A DNA stretch of 64,000 nt, from contig OX597817.1 of assembly GCA_951406725.2 (NCBI GenBank), positions 114,948,001 through 115,012,000 of the forward strand, given 5' to 3'. The number at the start of each line of letters is the position of its first letter. Position 1 is the first letter of the stretch. A model generated the notes under the pieces. That model ran no database searches. It worked only from the letters and a program-made list of their open reading frames with translations, and had not been told where the DNA came from. A program made the position numbers and the translations under genes. This DNA comes from Octopus vulgaris. Lineage: Eukaryota. Positions 1-11,959 of this stretch are shown piece by piece.

Positions 1-189
1 TAACCCTAACTGTCATTAATTGTTTAATAGCTTATAGTTGCAGGCAAAAATTGCAGGAATTTCTCAAGTTTGAGCTTTTTAACTGTGAGTACTTAACGTT
101 TTGTTTTCGTCAACAGCAACATCACTTTCGCCACCACCACCGTCGTCATCATCATCATCATCATCATCATCATCAGTACCATCTTTAGG

Positions 190-452
190 AAAGGGCAATG
201 AACTGGAAGGATCGTTTGAGCAAGCAAATAAAATTAAAAAAAAATTTGTGTCATTCAGCTACTTCCACGGAACGTTTTGAGTTCATATACAGCTGAAATC
301 AGTTTTACCTTTCAACTTTCCGGAGTCGATGAAATACAGTACCCGTCATGTACTGGGGTTGACTTAGCTGAATAAACAACCCACCCACCCCCCTTACCCA
401 CCCACCGCCCACCCTCGAAATGTCAGGCCTTGTGCCTATGTTAGAAGCAATT
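190..452 (+). mobile_element. SINE family C copy (degenerate)
   Basis: Matches by eye the repeat at 2269-2450, 34801-35005, 54715-54927 and 63780-63995 (gagttca...cctttca..ctttc.gg.gtcgat.aaata.agtacc...ctggggt.ga...ggccttgtgcc). Confidence 0.6.
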
Positions 453-2268
453 ATCAACAGTAGCATCGTTGGATTTTGTTTGTTAAGGCGGTATTTGTTA
501 TTTTGCTCTTGTCATTTGTGCAATTAGCCGATGGTAATGAGGTGTTGCAGTACAGGGAAATTATCTTGTAATTCAATTTCCAGTTTAACTTCATTTGTTT
601 TTATATTTATTTTTTTCTTCTTCGAAAATAAATGAAAAAATTGAAAAAGACTAAAGACAAAATTATATAAATCGTTACGCATTCTCTCTGAAGGATTTCG
701 AATACGCAATTGGTAATTTGTGACAAGCCTGGAGGGATTAACAGAGTATACACAATGGCCAAAATATTTCATTTTGAGAGCTATCACTTATGCATTTATA
801 AGTTACAGCTGTATGAACCGGTTTGATGTGAGATTGCTGATTATGTAACCAAACTTTGAAACCAATATAGGACACATTGAATAAGGTTATCTTTAATTTT
901 CAAAAAAGACGAGATGATCACGGTTGGAATGCGTTTGATTATTAATCGTGTTTATCAGGATTGTCCTGAGGACAAACAACAACAATAACAGTGTTGACCA
1001 ACGTTTTGGATTCCTTGTGGGTATAAATCTAACCCGTTACTCTGTTTAAATGCAACCTGGTCCTTGAGAGAATTTCTAAGCGTCCACTCTGTTGTGAGTA
1101 TTTGTACCATATAACTCCATATATTCATACACTGCCTTTGTACTGAATGTTGTACAGAACGCAAAAAAACGGACAAAGCACGTTTAAGAATCTTTGCCTC
1201 GTGTGCTTACGATTTTGCCTGCTGCTCGCTGCTATCGTAATATCCAATATCAAATTTGTTTTACTAATAACACTGGAAGAGGTTTGGTTCTTGCTTGCAT
1301 AAAAAAATGAAAAGAAAAGATAATAGTAACTATTAACGACGATTATGCAACGATATGCATATATGCAGTCGAAAATCATCCTGTTATCACTCTACTTAAG
1401 AAAGTCGAAACCTGTGTCATCTCTAGAGACGAGCACTACACTGAAATGTATGTGTGTTGGTTCAGCCACTTACTTTAAAGATACGAAAGTGTAAGACAGA
1501 AGAAGGAAGACGGAAAATAAGAGGCATTCGTTCATTGACACTTTCATTCAACGGGGAGTTGACGCATGGTCACACAACTTGCTGGAAAAAGGAGTGAAAG
1601 CTTTCACGACTAATGCTCCGCCGTCTTTAATTAGGAATTGACGCACTGGAAAATTTGCACTTATTTTTACACACTCACACTCACACACATACACACACAC
1701 GCACACACACACACACACATACACATACACATACACACACGCACGCGCACGTACACACACACACACACACGCACACACACATATGCATACATGTATGTAT
1801 TTAATGTCTACCCTTATTATATTGACTTGCAGAGAACTGTCAGGGACTGGTGCTTCTGCTTGTATATTTAATTTTTGTTTTGTTATCTCTAAAGGTGTCT
1901 TCACATTCCAGCAGTAGCTTCATAAAAGTGAGTTTGCAGGAAATTAACATGGAAAGTTCGTTCACACAAATGGCAAATGTCTTCAACTGTGCTATGGTGA
2001 TATAAGTCGAATAAATGGCCATATTTCTTAGTGAACATCTAAGAATCAGTCTACAATTCTTAATTCTCAACTTTCGATCTAACAGCTATATTTCTCATTA
2101 GAGAAGTTTGTTTGATTAAACAGACAATTTTCTAATTAAACAAGCATTTTTACTAATTGCGCAGAATTTTGTTTCTGACAGAACAGTGCATCACATGTTC
2201 ACAAACAGGTTTTTTACGTTATTAGGTAACAGGTTTCTTGATAGTTCAGTAATATTTTCACACTGTTG

Positions 2269-2450
2269 TAAGGCGGCAAGCTGGCAGAATAGTTACCACG
2301 CCGGGCAAATTCAAATTCCGCCGAAGTTGACTTTGCCTTTCATCCTTTCGGGAACGATAAAATAAGTACCAGTTGAACATTGGGGTCGATGTAATCGTTT
2401 TACCCTCTCCCACAAAATCGTTGGCCCTGTGCCAAAATTTGAAATCGATA
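2269..2450 (+). mobile_element. SINE family C copy with internal deletion
   Basis: aaggcggcaagctggcagaatagtta...aaattccgccgaagttgactttgcctttcatcctttcggg...gtgccaaaatttgaaatc; homologous to other copies in the window. Confidence 0.75.
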
Positions 2451-2469
2451 TTTTCAGATTGTTCTACAG

Positions 2470-2631
2470 CAGTGGTTTCCAACAGTGGTTCCCAGCCCTT
2501 TTATTGAAATGAGTATTCCCACGGACCCCTTTTCATATGATTATCCTTATGTGTATATATATATATATATATGTCTGAAATTTTGAATGTAGTTCACGGA
2601 CCCCCAGTACTACCTTTGTGGACCATCACTG
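2470..2631. mobile_element. hAT (Charlie-like) MITE
   Basis: Ends cagtgg.../...tcactg; flanked by 8-bp near-duplication ttctacag (2462-2469) / ttctacat (2632-2639); internal cacggacccc repeats. Confidence 0.6.
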
Positions 2632-4759
2632 TTCTACATTTTTGGTAACAATAACAACTACGAGTTGTTCAATCTGTCTTCCAGTAATCTGTCACAGTAA
2701 CACTGGTATTTGAATCAAACAGCTGTTAACTTAATCATGTTTCCTTCAACCCAACAATCTGGTTCGTGGTTTTCCGAAGTCCGAAGACCAGCTTTCTGAC
2801 TAGTTATAATGTCCGAAAAGACATTTTCGTCTCGTTCCCAACTTCCTTTATTAGAGCCTGTTGTCTTGAAATAACCACGTCATTTACAATTCACCAGTTA
2901 CCAGTCATTCGGGATAGTGAACACCTTAATATCGATACTGCAGTACCACCTTTTCTTGCACGAGGCAGCCCAAGGACAAAAACAACAAATTTGGCATCAT
3001 CATATTCTCATAGAAAACAAGAAAACACCAAAATCAGAATTAAGCCGTTTCTGTTTTTATTTTTAGTTTTAGTTTTTCAAATGTAATCAATCATTTAAAA
3101 TGTTTAGCAGTTTTAGACCTAATTTTTTTCCTCTACCATCCAAGAAGTATTTCCTTTCTTTCAAGTGAATTATCAGATATTCAAATTTTTTATCTTAACC
3201 CCCACCCTCAATGACATGAATATTAGTATAATACTTATTACTCAATTAATTATTCCGCTAAGTAACAACAGGCTCTTTGCAGCATGCAGGTTTAATCTTT
3301 AAATCATCAATTTAGTATTCATTTCCAAAAATTAATGCCACGAAAGTAAACCATATGTGCAATATATCTATGTTTGCAAAGTTTTAATATCATCGTTAAT
3401 TTCACCTTTTGGCAAACTCATTTGTGTGAACGAACTTTCCATGTTAATTTCCTGCAAACTCACTTTTATGAAAACATGTTTATTGCGGTGATAATGAATA
3501 TATACTTTTATGTATTCACTTGTGCAATATTAATATCCTTTTAATATCTCTTAATCTTCTGCCAGTATCTTGATTATGGTTGCACTGAATTTAACGTTTA
3601 TTATTCTTAAACACACAGGCACAGCTAATCTGAACGATAGACAGAACTATTATCGAGGCAGCAAGCTATAATTGACGGTTTTAATTGTTCTAACAATCAA
3701 CTTATTCTTACTTTATTTGTATTAGTTCTTCCTTTTCCTTCCTTATCTCTGTATTTCTTCTTCATTGTTTTTATTTTTGTCTTTATCGTTTCTTGTTTAT
3801 TCTTTCTATTATTCTATTATTACTTATTTTCCCCTTGATTCTTCAACATATGCAAGATCCGTCTTGAATTTTATAATTCATATTAATTTCCATAATGTGA
3901 TTGTTGACATAATTCTTGCGTATTTTGCGATTACAATTTGTAGTCATAAAATTGTAATTGTTGCGGAAGGATTATTGAAACAGCAGTAGGGGAAATGAAT
4001 ATTTGAAATATCATCGATATTGTTTCCTGATATTGTTTTTACACACACACACACACACACGTACACACACATAATGCATGCCCACCCACCCACCCACATA
4101 TATATGAATGTATGGGCATATATTTTGTTATTGTATATCGGTGAACCTTCATATTTCGAACGAAAGCTCTTCAATTATTTGTTTCGCATTAAGTTCCGGA
4201 CATTGTCTAATCACTCTTGACTTTGCAAATGCAGGGAATCAATGATTGCCAAACGAATGCCACAGTCATTAACCAACATTGATATAAATTTTAAAAAATC
4301 TTGTAGAGAAATATTTCCAGCTAGATCGGTGCGCTATTTCTTGCAGAAGATTGTCTGGCACGAAAACAACTTGAGAAAGTCACCAAGGAAATTGGTACGG
4401 CAGGTAAAAAAAAAAAAAGCTCAAGATGGCTAAAGTTGATAAGAAACCGCAAGTGGAACTCTTCTGCAGGAGAAGACTAATTCAGTCCTCGCTTCCCCAT
4501 TCGAGCGAAACGTACAGGCTAAGGAAGGAAATGCTTGTGACTCCGTGATACTGGCTGACGATACAGAAGGGCTTCCAGCATTGCAATGGATTTAGAAGAG
4601 CTTGTATAATCTCCAAGAAGCCCCTGTAGTTTTTGCTTGAGGCAAAACATCTCCAATGTTTATTTCACCTGAAAGGAACACGATATAAATGAAGAATTAA
4701 TAAAACAGATTTATCCACTCTTTTATTTCAGAATTCGTCCAGTTTCTCCCTTTGTGTGT

Positions 4760-4780
4760 CACTTTCTTCCTTACTTTTGC

Positions 4781-4832
<52 letters not shown>

Positions 4833-4981
4833 GTCTCTGTTTGTCTGTCTGTCTCTCTTTTTTACACATAGGTACGTGTAAAAGTTGTATATGTGAAACA
4901 AATAGAGTATTAGCATAAAAGAAAGAAAAGGGAGAGAAACAAGAACAGGAACTGAGAAAAAGACAGGGAGAGAGGGAGATA

Positions 4982-5022
<41 letters not shown>

Positions 5023-5359
5023 AGATATAGAAAGAAAATGTGAGACAGAAACAGAGGCAGAATACAATGTGCATTCATAAATGTGTACGAGTGTAGAGTT
5101 AACAGGAATGTTTTCTTCCTTCTGTATATAGCACATACATACATACATACATACATACATACATACATACATACATTTCGTATGTACGTACATACGTATG
5201 TACGTACATACGTATGTACGTACATACATACGTACGTACGTACATACATGCATAAAAACATGCAAACATTCACACATATCTATATGTATGTGTGACTACA
5301 TATCTATTTATATATCGATCTAACTGTATCACCATTCTCGTTTCTCTTACACACACACA

Positions 5360-5410
<51 letters not shown>
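4760..5410. repeat. compound microsatellite cluster (CTTT)n, (GA)n, (CATA)n, (TA)n
   Basis: Directly visible. Confidence 0.95.
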
Positions 5411-5415
<5 letters not shown>

Positions 5416-5962
5416 ATATATATATGTTTGTATATAATATCCATGTATGATGTGTTTAAAAAAACTGATTGGATCCTACAAAACTGTATTTGCTTCCCTA
5501 CTAATGGAGGTCATCAAGCTTGGGGACCCCCTATTAGGTTATAAACAAATATATATTTGTAGCATTGAATTACTTCTGTAAAAAAATACTTTATCAATCA
5601 CTCGGCTGCTAGTCTGCTTAGAATCCTTTTGATAATTCAAGGTTTACGCTATTTGGAAATGTAAATAACACACACGCACGCACACACACACCACACGTAC
5701 ACACGCACATACGTATACACATACCTGTATATGCGTATGTGTATGCATGAATATACACATAATATATATATATAAGTGCATACTTACATGCACATATCTA
5801 TATATCGAAATACATACATCTATATATATATATACACACACACACATGCACGCTCACACAGACAGACACACACATGCATATATGTACATCTATATATACA
5901 TACATATATATATGGGTGTGCTTGTCAGTGCATGCTCATGTTAACCTGTGTCTGTACGTAAC

Positions 5963-6007
<45 letters not shown>

Positions 6008-6485
6008 CAGGGGAGAGAGAGAGAGAAAGAGAGGAGAAAGAGGAGTGATAAGAAAAAGTGTACGACTATATACAACGTGGTAAAAATAATGTAAGTCTAC
6101 TGTGAGAGTGAAATTGCATGAAAAATTTAAAATTGGTGTGTCTGAGTATACTGGAGGCCTCTAGGTATTTATGAACGAAACAAAATATTCTAAAGATTTT
6201 TATATTTTGTATGTAGAGAATATAAATATGAAAGCGATATAAAGTAGATTTATAAAGAAGCCCCAATATTAGTATTAGTAGTAGTAGTTGTGGTCGTTAT
6301 TGTTGTTGCTATTGTTGCTGTTGTGTCTATTGTGTGGCAAAATGGTGCGTTCCAACAGAATTTCGAAAGGACAAATGATATTAAAATGCTTTCTAACATA
6401 AAAACTAGATGCTGTGATAAAGTATATATGCATTCATATGCATGCACATATCCTTGCATATATATAGGTTTTTACATATACATGC

Positions 6486-6488
<3 letters not shown>

Positions 6489-6548
<60 letters not shown>
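6489..6548. repeat. (AAT)n microsatellite
   Basis: Directly visible. Confidence 0.97.
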
Positions 6549-6549
<1 letters not shown>

Positions 6550-6605
6550 GTATATATATATGCATGTTTACATATGTATATGTGTATACTTACATCTATA
6601 CGTAT

Positions 6606-6654
<49 letters not shown>

Positions 6655-6659
6655 CACAT

Positions 6660-7260
6660 ATGTGGGCACAGGACGTCACGAAATGTGTACAACAAAAATA
6701 CGAAGTACGAGTACATGGAATATGAACTAGTTTTTCGAACAACGAAAGGACACAATGGAAAACAAGACAAACAACATAAAGAATGACCCTTCATCAGTTG
6801 CGGGCTGTTTTTCTACTCTCGTATTTCGAGCATTTAACAACAATTTACGCTTTAGATAAAACAGTTGCTTCAGCAAAGCAAATTAAATAAAATTTGGGAT
6901 TTTGCGGAGGGTCAAAATTAGTAACACAAACTGGATAGTGAAAACAAACAGGAAGGGCTGCTAAGCCTAAATGAGGCTGAGATGGCGAATGCGAAAATCA
7001 AGCTTGGACAGGAGACAGACAACAACACGTCTTCCTTGTTCCAGATACAACCGAAAGAAAGAACCACAATTTAGGAGTAGAAAGAAAGATGTCCGATGGT
7101 CACGTGGTATCCACGTGAGCAAGGGAGGAAGAGTGAGGGAGAGTGAGAGTGACAGAGTAATAGGAGAGAATAGTGGGAGAAGAAGAGGTAAAAGAATACG
7201 AGAAAGAAAGAAAGGAAAACGAAAGAATGAAAAGATCGTATAGAGTGCGCATAAGAATTA

Positions 7261-7262
<2 letters not shown>
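6660..7262 (-). mobile_element. probable Penelope-like pseudo-LTR fragment between TA-rich tracts
   Basis: Complex sequence bounded by (TA)n; CUGAUGA box on minus strand at 6791-6797 but no complete hammerhead fold found. Confidence 0.35.
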
Positions 7263-7304
<42 letters not shown>

Positions 7305-7325
7305 TAACAAAGTGGTGCAGATATC

Positions 7326-7413
7326 AATCCATTACGGCCGTTTCCAACGTCTCCTTTAATTGACTAATGAGAACATTACATCATTGTAAAGAAACGCTTT
7401 CGTCAGATGAATT
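7326..7413 (-). ncRNA. minimal type I hammerhead ribozyme motif
   Basis: Minus strand: helix I aauucau/auggauu, CUGACGA, long helix II (agcguuucuuu...aaaggagacguu), GAAA, palindromic helix III CGGCCG, GUA cleavage triplet. Confidence 0.85.
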
Positions 7414-7838
7414 CATGATCTTCAAACATAAAGGATAGTTCGACTTATTGAACGTATTTAATAAATTCATGGAGTAAGAATATTAACAGTGATCCTGCTA
7501 CAATTTTGTTGGCAGAATGAACTTATCAGAATAGAATATATTTGGTCAGAACAAAAAAGAATTTAGGGGGTTATTAGAGTTTTTAGTAGGAGGAGGAAAT
7601 AATTGACACAAGTGACCAAGTTATCTGAACTTCCAACAATAGAGGAAGGATCGGCTCCAATCGTCTAGATTTCTAAGGAAGATGCTTATGCCCACTGGTC
7701 AGTGGTGAGAGAAGCAACTAATGTCAGATCAGCCGACTAAGTTATTAAGTGATGGTACTATATGTCGGTTTAATTTTCGCAAATGGGTAAGTAGTAGGGT
7801 AGTAATAAGGGAGTGAGTGATAGGGAGGGAATGAGAAT

Positions 7839-7960
7839 GTTATATCGCAATACTACACAGTGGCTGTGTGAGCTACGAAATCCCCATCGCCACTGTTATA
7901 TCGCAATACTACACAGTGGCTGTGTGTGCATCTCATCCTCGTCGCTACTGTTATATCGCA
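7839..7960. repeat. short tandem duplication (gttatatcgcaatactacacagtggctgtgtg x2 plus partial third)
   Basis: Directly visible, ~56-bp period. Confidence 0.8.
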
Positions 7961-9874
7961 CGTTCGGATGCCTCTACTACTCAACTCAACTCTGCTCTTG
8001 ACGTCTAGGCTTCTCTCTCTATATCTACGTATTGGGCTAGCCTACTTCATTCTCTGGGAGCGTCCATACAACAAAGAAGAAAGAAGCTGAATTTATATTC
8101 ATTACTGTATTAAAGGTTTTGAAAAATAATGGAATAAAATTTCAAAATAAAATAGAAAAAAAGGACTGAGGACTATTGTAATTTAGCATAGTTATAATGT
8201 TATAGCATTAAGATAAATTTAGAAATTAGATATATAGGTTAGAAATAAATTATATTTAGAATTATTAGAAGAAAGCGAAGAAACAAATTATTTAAAAAAA
8301 TATATAAAGAAGAGTATTAGATATAGAAATTTAGAATTTAGGCCCACAAGCTAATAAGGAATATAATGCATTTAAAATATAAGGATATAAAGATAAAATA
8401 TACGATGAAGTATGTAAAATATAAACAGTAAAAAGTATATAGTCTTTAAAGAAATATAAAAAGGATATATAAAAAATATGCAAAAGAATATATAAAAATA
8501 TACAGAAAATAAAATATATAACAATATAAAAAGTATAGAAATAAAATATAAAAGAATGCAAAAATATAAGAAAAATATAGAAAATATTTAAAATTCTAAA
8601 AAATATTAAAAAATATAAAGAAATATATAAAAATTATAATGGTATATATATATAAAGAAAAAGAATTATAACAAATACGTTATTTTAAATAAAGAGATAT
8701 ACCAAAATTTAATACAAATAAATCTAAAAGTGAAAAACGGTTTAACAAATGTTTGTAAGATATATTTTAAAGATGTATAAAGCTAAAATCATAATGGACC
8801 TTAGAGGATATATTTTATACTTAGGGGAAGTGTGAAATCCAAAGAAAAAACCCCTGCGAGTAGTAAAGATAAAAACATATCTTATATCAACCATATATGA
8901 AAGGAGTTGATTTAGGAAATGTCTAGATACATATTGTAATAATAGGGTGTAAATTTTCTGGGTTACATTTTAAATTATAAATAATTATTTCCTAGGAGTA
9001 AAGTTATAGAATAATCATTTCAACCTAAAGGTTATATATGGTCAAATTGCGGGAGAGTGACATAAGTATGATTTACTAAAGGAATACTAAATCTAGTTGG
9101 TTACATAAGTATTATTAATGATAACCAGCAATGTGAATGCGAATATGTTAAAAAGAATATTTTAAAATATGGTATTTAAAGAGTGTCAAAATTTATGATG
9201 GGTTATAATGATAAACTATAAAGGAGAGATAAAATTAGGAAAGAAAACAAAAATCAAATTAAGAATTAATAATAAATTAATGAAGTAGTGCTAATTCTAG
9301 TGGGAGGGAGGTTATATTAATTGCTGTATAGAGTTTCAAGGTTTAATCCATGGAGTTATAAACTCAGTATACTATGTAAAGGTAATATAAAAACTATATG
9401 GGGAATAACTATTAAGACATAGGAGTTATAGTGTGTAAGGTATAAACGAATTGGGTGGAGAACAAGTTATCCAGACATCATGGTTAGTTATATAAAGAAA
9501 GAAGATAGCTATACATAAAGGATCAACGGTGTTAAGGGTCAATAGAACACATTACTAAACAGGTTATAATATTACAGAGAGTAAGCTATGAATGATAGCG
9601 CACGGTGAGTAACTTGGGTCATCAAAGAGACAGTAGGAAGTATTATTATTTACTGCTTCTAAAGTATTTAAAGGTACGGGTAATACAATGAAAACATGAT
9701 ACCCTAAGACCTAATAACCCCTAAATTCTTCTGTGTTCTAACTAAATATACACTATTCTGATAACTTCATTCTGCCAACTGGATCGTAGCAGGGTCAATG
9801 TAAATATCTTTACTCCGTAATTTTTGTTAACTATGTTGAATAAGTCGAACTGTCCTTTATGTTTGAAGATCATG

Positions 9875-9963
9875 AATTCATCTGACGCAAACTGTTTCTT
9901 TACAATGATGTAATGTTCTCATTAATCAATTAAAGGAGTCGTTGGAAACGGCCGTAATGGATT
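9875..9963 (+). ncRNA. hammerhead ribozyme motif, core mutated (CUGACGC)
   Basis: Inverted partner of 7326-7413: aattcat CTGACGC ... GAAA CGGCCG TA atggatt. Confidence 0.7.
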
Positions 9964-10492
9964 GACACCTGCGCCTCATTGTTACTCATATTTTATTCAC
10001 CTATCATCGAATCTACGCTTCATAAATATTATAGATAGTATTTTTGATATAAACTACACATCTGAATAGCTAAGATCAGATTTCTTCGCGTAACTAGGTC
10101 TTATTATCTGCATACACTACAAGAATATCATGTGACCGGCACTTATGCATTAAGTTTGATATCTACTTAATAGTGTTGAGTTTGCGTGATACTCAGGCCT
10201 AACAAGTGCTTCAATTTCAGTACTTAATTCAACTGAATCTTAATGATATATATATATATATATATAATTAATCAATATAGGGTGGCAAAAAAAATTTTGT
10301 AGAATTCTTTTGCCACCAGCGGCCTAGTGGGAAAAAATTAAATAGTCATAAACCATTTTTAAGTTCAACATCACAATCAAGGAACGGCCATAATAGGCCA
10401 TTCACCCACTAGAAATAACAGCCAAAAGCTTTAACCGCAAAATAACGTCAATTCCGTAAACCAGGAGAAAATTAAAAAACATTTACCCTGTA

Positions 10493-10599
10493 ATTTCTTA
10501 GACGATGCACCGTTTCATCTACTGTTTAATGGAAAACTAACCTGATTAAATTAAATCAAGCCAATCTACCATAGGCTCTTAGATTCATCAGTAAGAAAT
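10493..10599 (-). ncRNA. type I hammerhead ribozyme (unit A copy 1)
   Basis: Helix I auuucuua/uaagaaau, CUGAUGA, helix II aucua/uagau with long insert, GAAA, helix III CGGUGCAUCG, GUC. Confidence 0.9.
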
Positions 10600-10982
10600 A
10601 GCCAAGCCGGAACAGATATTTTTCACGAGGCATTCTCGTTGCTACCTCGTCAATATCTGACCTAAAATTTTCAAATCGTCGCACTCGCGCCAAATTTATC
10701 GGCAGCAAATAAATATAAGCCGCCGATTCCATTACGGAATTAACCAGAAAATTCATAATTAATCAATATAGGGTGGCAAAAAAATTTTGTAGAATTCTTT
10801 TGCCACCAGCGGCCTAGTGGGAAAAAATTAAATAGTCATAAACCATTTTTAAGTTCAACATCACAATCAAGGAACGGCCATAATAGGCCATTCACCCACT
10901 AGAAATAACAGCCAAAAGCTTTAACCGCAAAATAACGTCAATTCCGTAAACCAGGAGAAAATTAAAAAACATTTACCCTGTA

Positions 10983-11089
10983 ATTTCTTAGACGATGCAT
11001 CGTTTCATCTACTGTTTAATGGAAAACTAACCTGATTAAATTAAATCAAGCCAATCTACCATAGGCCCTTAGATTCATCAGTAAGAAAT
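10983..11089 (-). ncRNA. type I hammerhead ribozyme (unit A copy 2)
   Basis: As copy 1; helix III is the perfect palindrome CGAUGCAUCG. Confidence 0.9.
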
Positions 11090-11424
11090 AGCCAAGCCGG
11101 AACAGATATTTTTCACGAGGCATTCTCGTTGCTACCTCGTTATGGCCGTTCCTTGATTGTGATGTTGAACTTAAAAATGGTTTATGACTATTTAATTTTT
11201 TCCCACTAGGCCGCTGGTGGCAAAAGAATTCTACAAAATTTTTTTTGCCACCCTATATTGATTAATTATGAATTTTCTGGTTAATTCCGTAATGGAATCG
11301 GCGGCTTATATTTATTTGCTGCCGATAAATTTGGCGCGAGTGCGACGATTTGAAAATTTTAGGTCAGATATTGACGAGGTAGCAACGAGAATGCCTCGTG
11401 AAAAATATCTGTTCCGGCTTGGCT

Positions 11425-11531
11425 ATTTCTTACTGATGAATCTAAGGGCCTATGGTAGATTGGCTTGATTTAATTTAATCAGGTTAGTTTTCCATTAAAC
11501 AGTAGATGAAACGGTGCATCGTCTAAGAAAT
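11425..11531 (+). ncRNA. type I hammerhead ribozyme (unit A inverted copy)
   Basis: atttctta CTGATGA atcta ... tagat GAAA cggtgcatcg TC taagaaat; predicted cleavage after C11523. Confidence 0.9.
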
Positions 11532-11649
11532 TACAGGGTAAATGTTTTTTAATTTTCTCCTGGTTTACGGAATTGACGTTATTTTGCGGTTAAAGCTTTT
11601 GGCTGTTATTTCTAGTGGGTGAATGGCCTATTATGGCCGTTCCTTGATT

Positions 11650-11729
<80 letters not shown>

Positions 11730-11959
11730 CTTGTATATATAATAATTATGTATATATGCATATATATACTCACATACACAATATATATACATATAGGTTC
11801 GGCGATAGAAACTGGAAAATAGAAATCAATATTTGTTATTATTAATCAACAGAAGTCATGGAGTGTCTTAATGGCCGAGAGTTTCGTGAATTGGCGCTTC
11901 TCAAACTTGTTTCAAATTATGGGGATTATAATTATATCTATATATATATATGTTGATGA

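Larger units (their letters stand above)
7299..9990 (-). mobile_element. degenerate Penelope-like retroelement with inverted pseudo-LTRs
   Basis: Diverged ~280-bp inverted repeats 7299-7577 / 9711-9990, each with a hammerhead motif; internal minus-strand peptide remnants (LYSLLACGPKF near 8334-8366, PENLHPII near 8935-8965, DF..LYT-like near 8770-8790) resemble PLE ORF motifs. Confidence 0.65.
10264..11654. mobile_element. hammerhead-bearing non-coding multimer (retrozyme/PLE pLTR-like), 491-bp unit, inserted in (TA)n
   Basis: Unit 1 10264-10754, partial unit 2 10755-11140, inverted permuted unit 11141-11654; near-identical copies; (TA)n on both sides. Confidence 0.9.

Noticed and set aside
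1-10. taaccctaac telomere-like start
   Set aside because: Under two units at the window edge; cannot be called a telomere or interstitial telomeric array.
4200-4680. Possible CR1/L2 RT C-terminal remnant on the minus strand
   Set aside because: Only faint peptide resemblance (LYKLF, YFSTR); not enough to call without BLASTX.
6790-6830. CUGAUGA and GAAA boxes on the minus strand
   Set aside because: Order and pairing do not give a valid hammerhead fold; no UH triplet.
8100-9700. Possible NUMT because of AT richness
   Set aside because: No mitochondrial gene or tRNA recognised; bracketed by hammerhead-bearing inverted repeats and has PLE-like motifs.
10556-11468. Identical 66-aa ORF on both strands
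   Set aside because: A consequence of the inverted duplication; overlaps the ribozyme, has no recognisable domain and is probably fortuitous.
11795-11935. gccgagagtttcgtg half-hammerhead look-alike
   Set aside because: No U at 16.1 and no CUGANGA box found.
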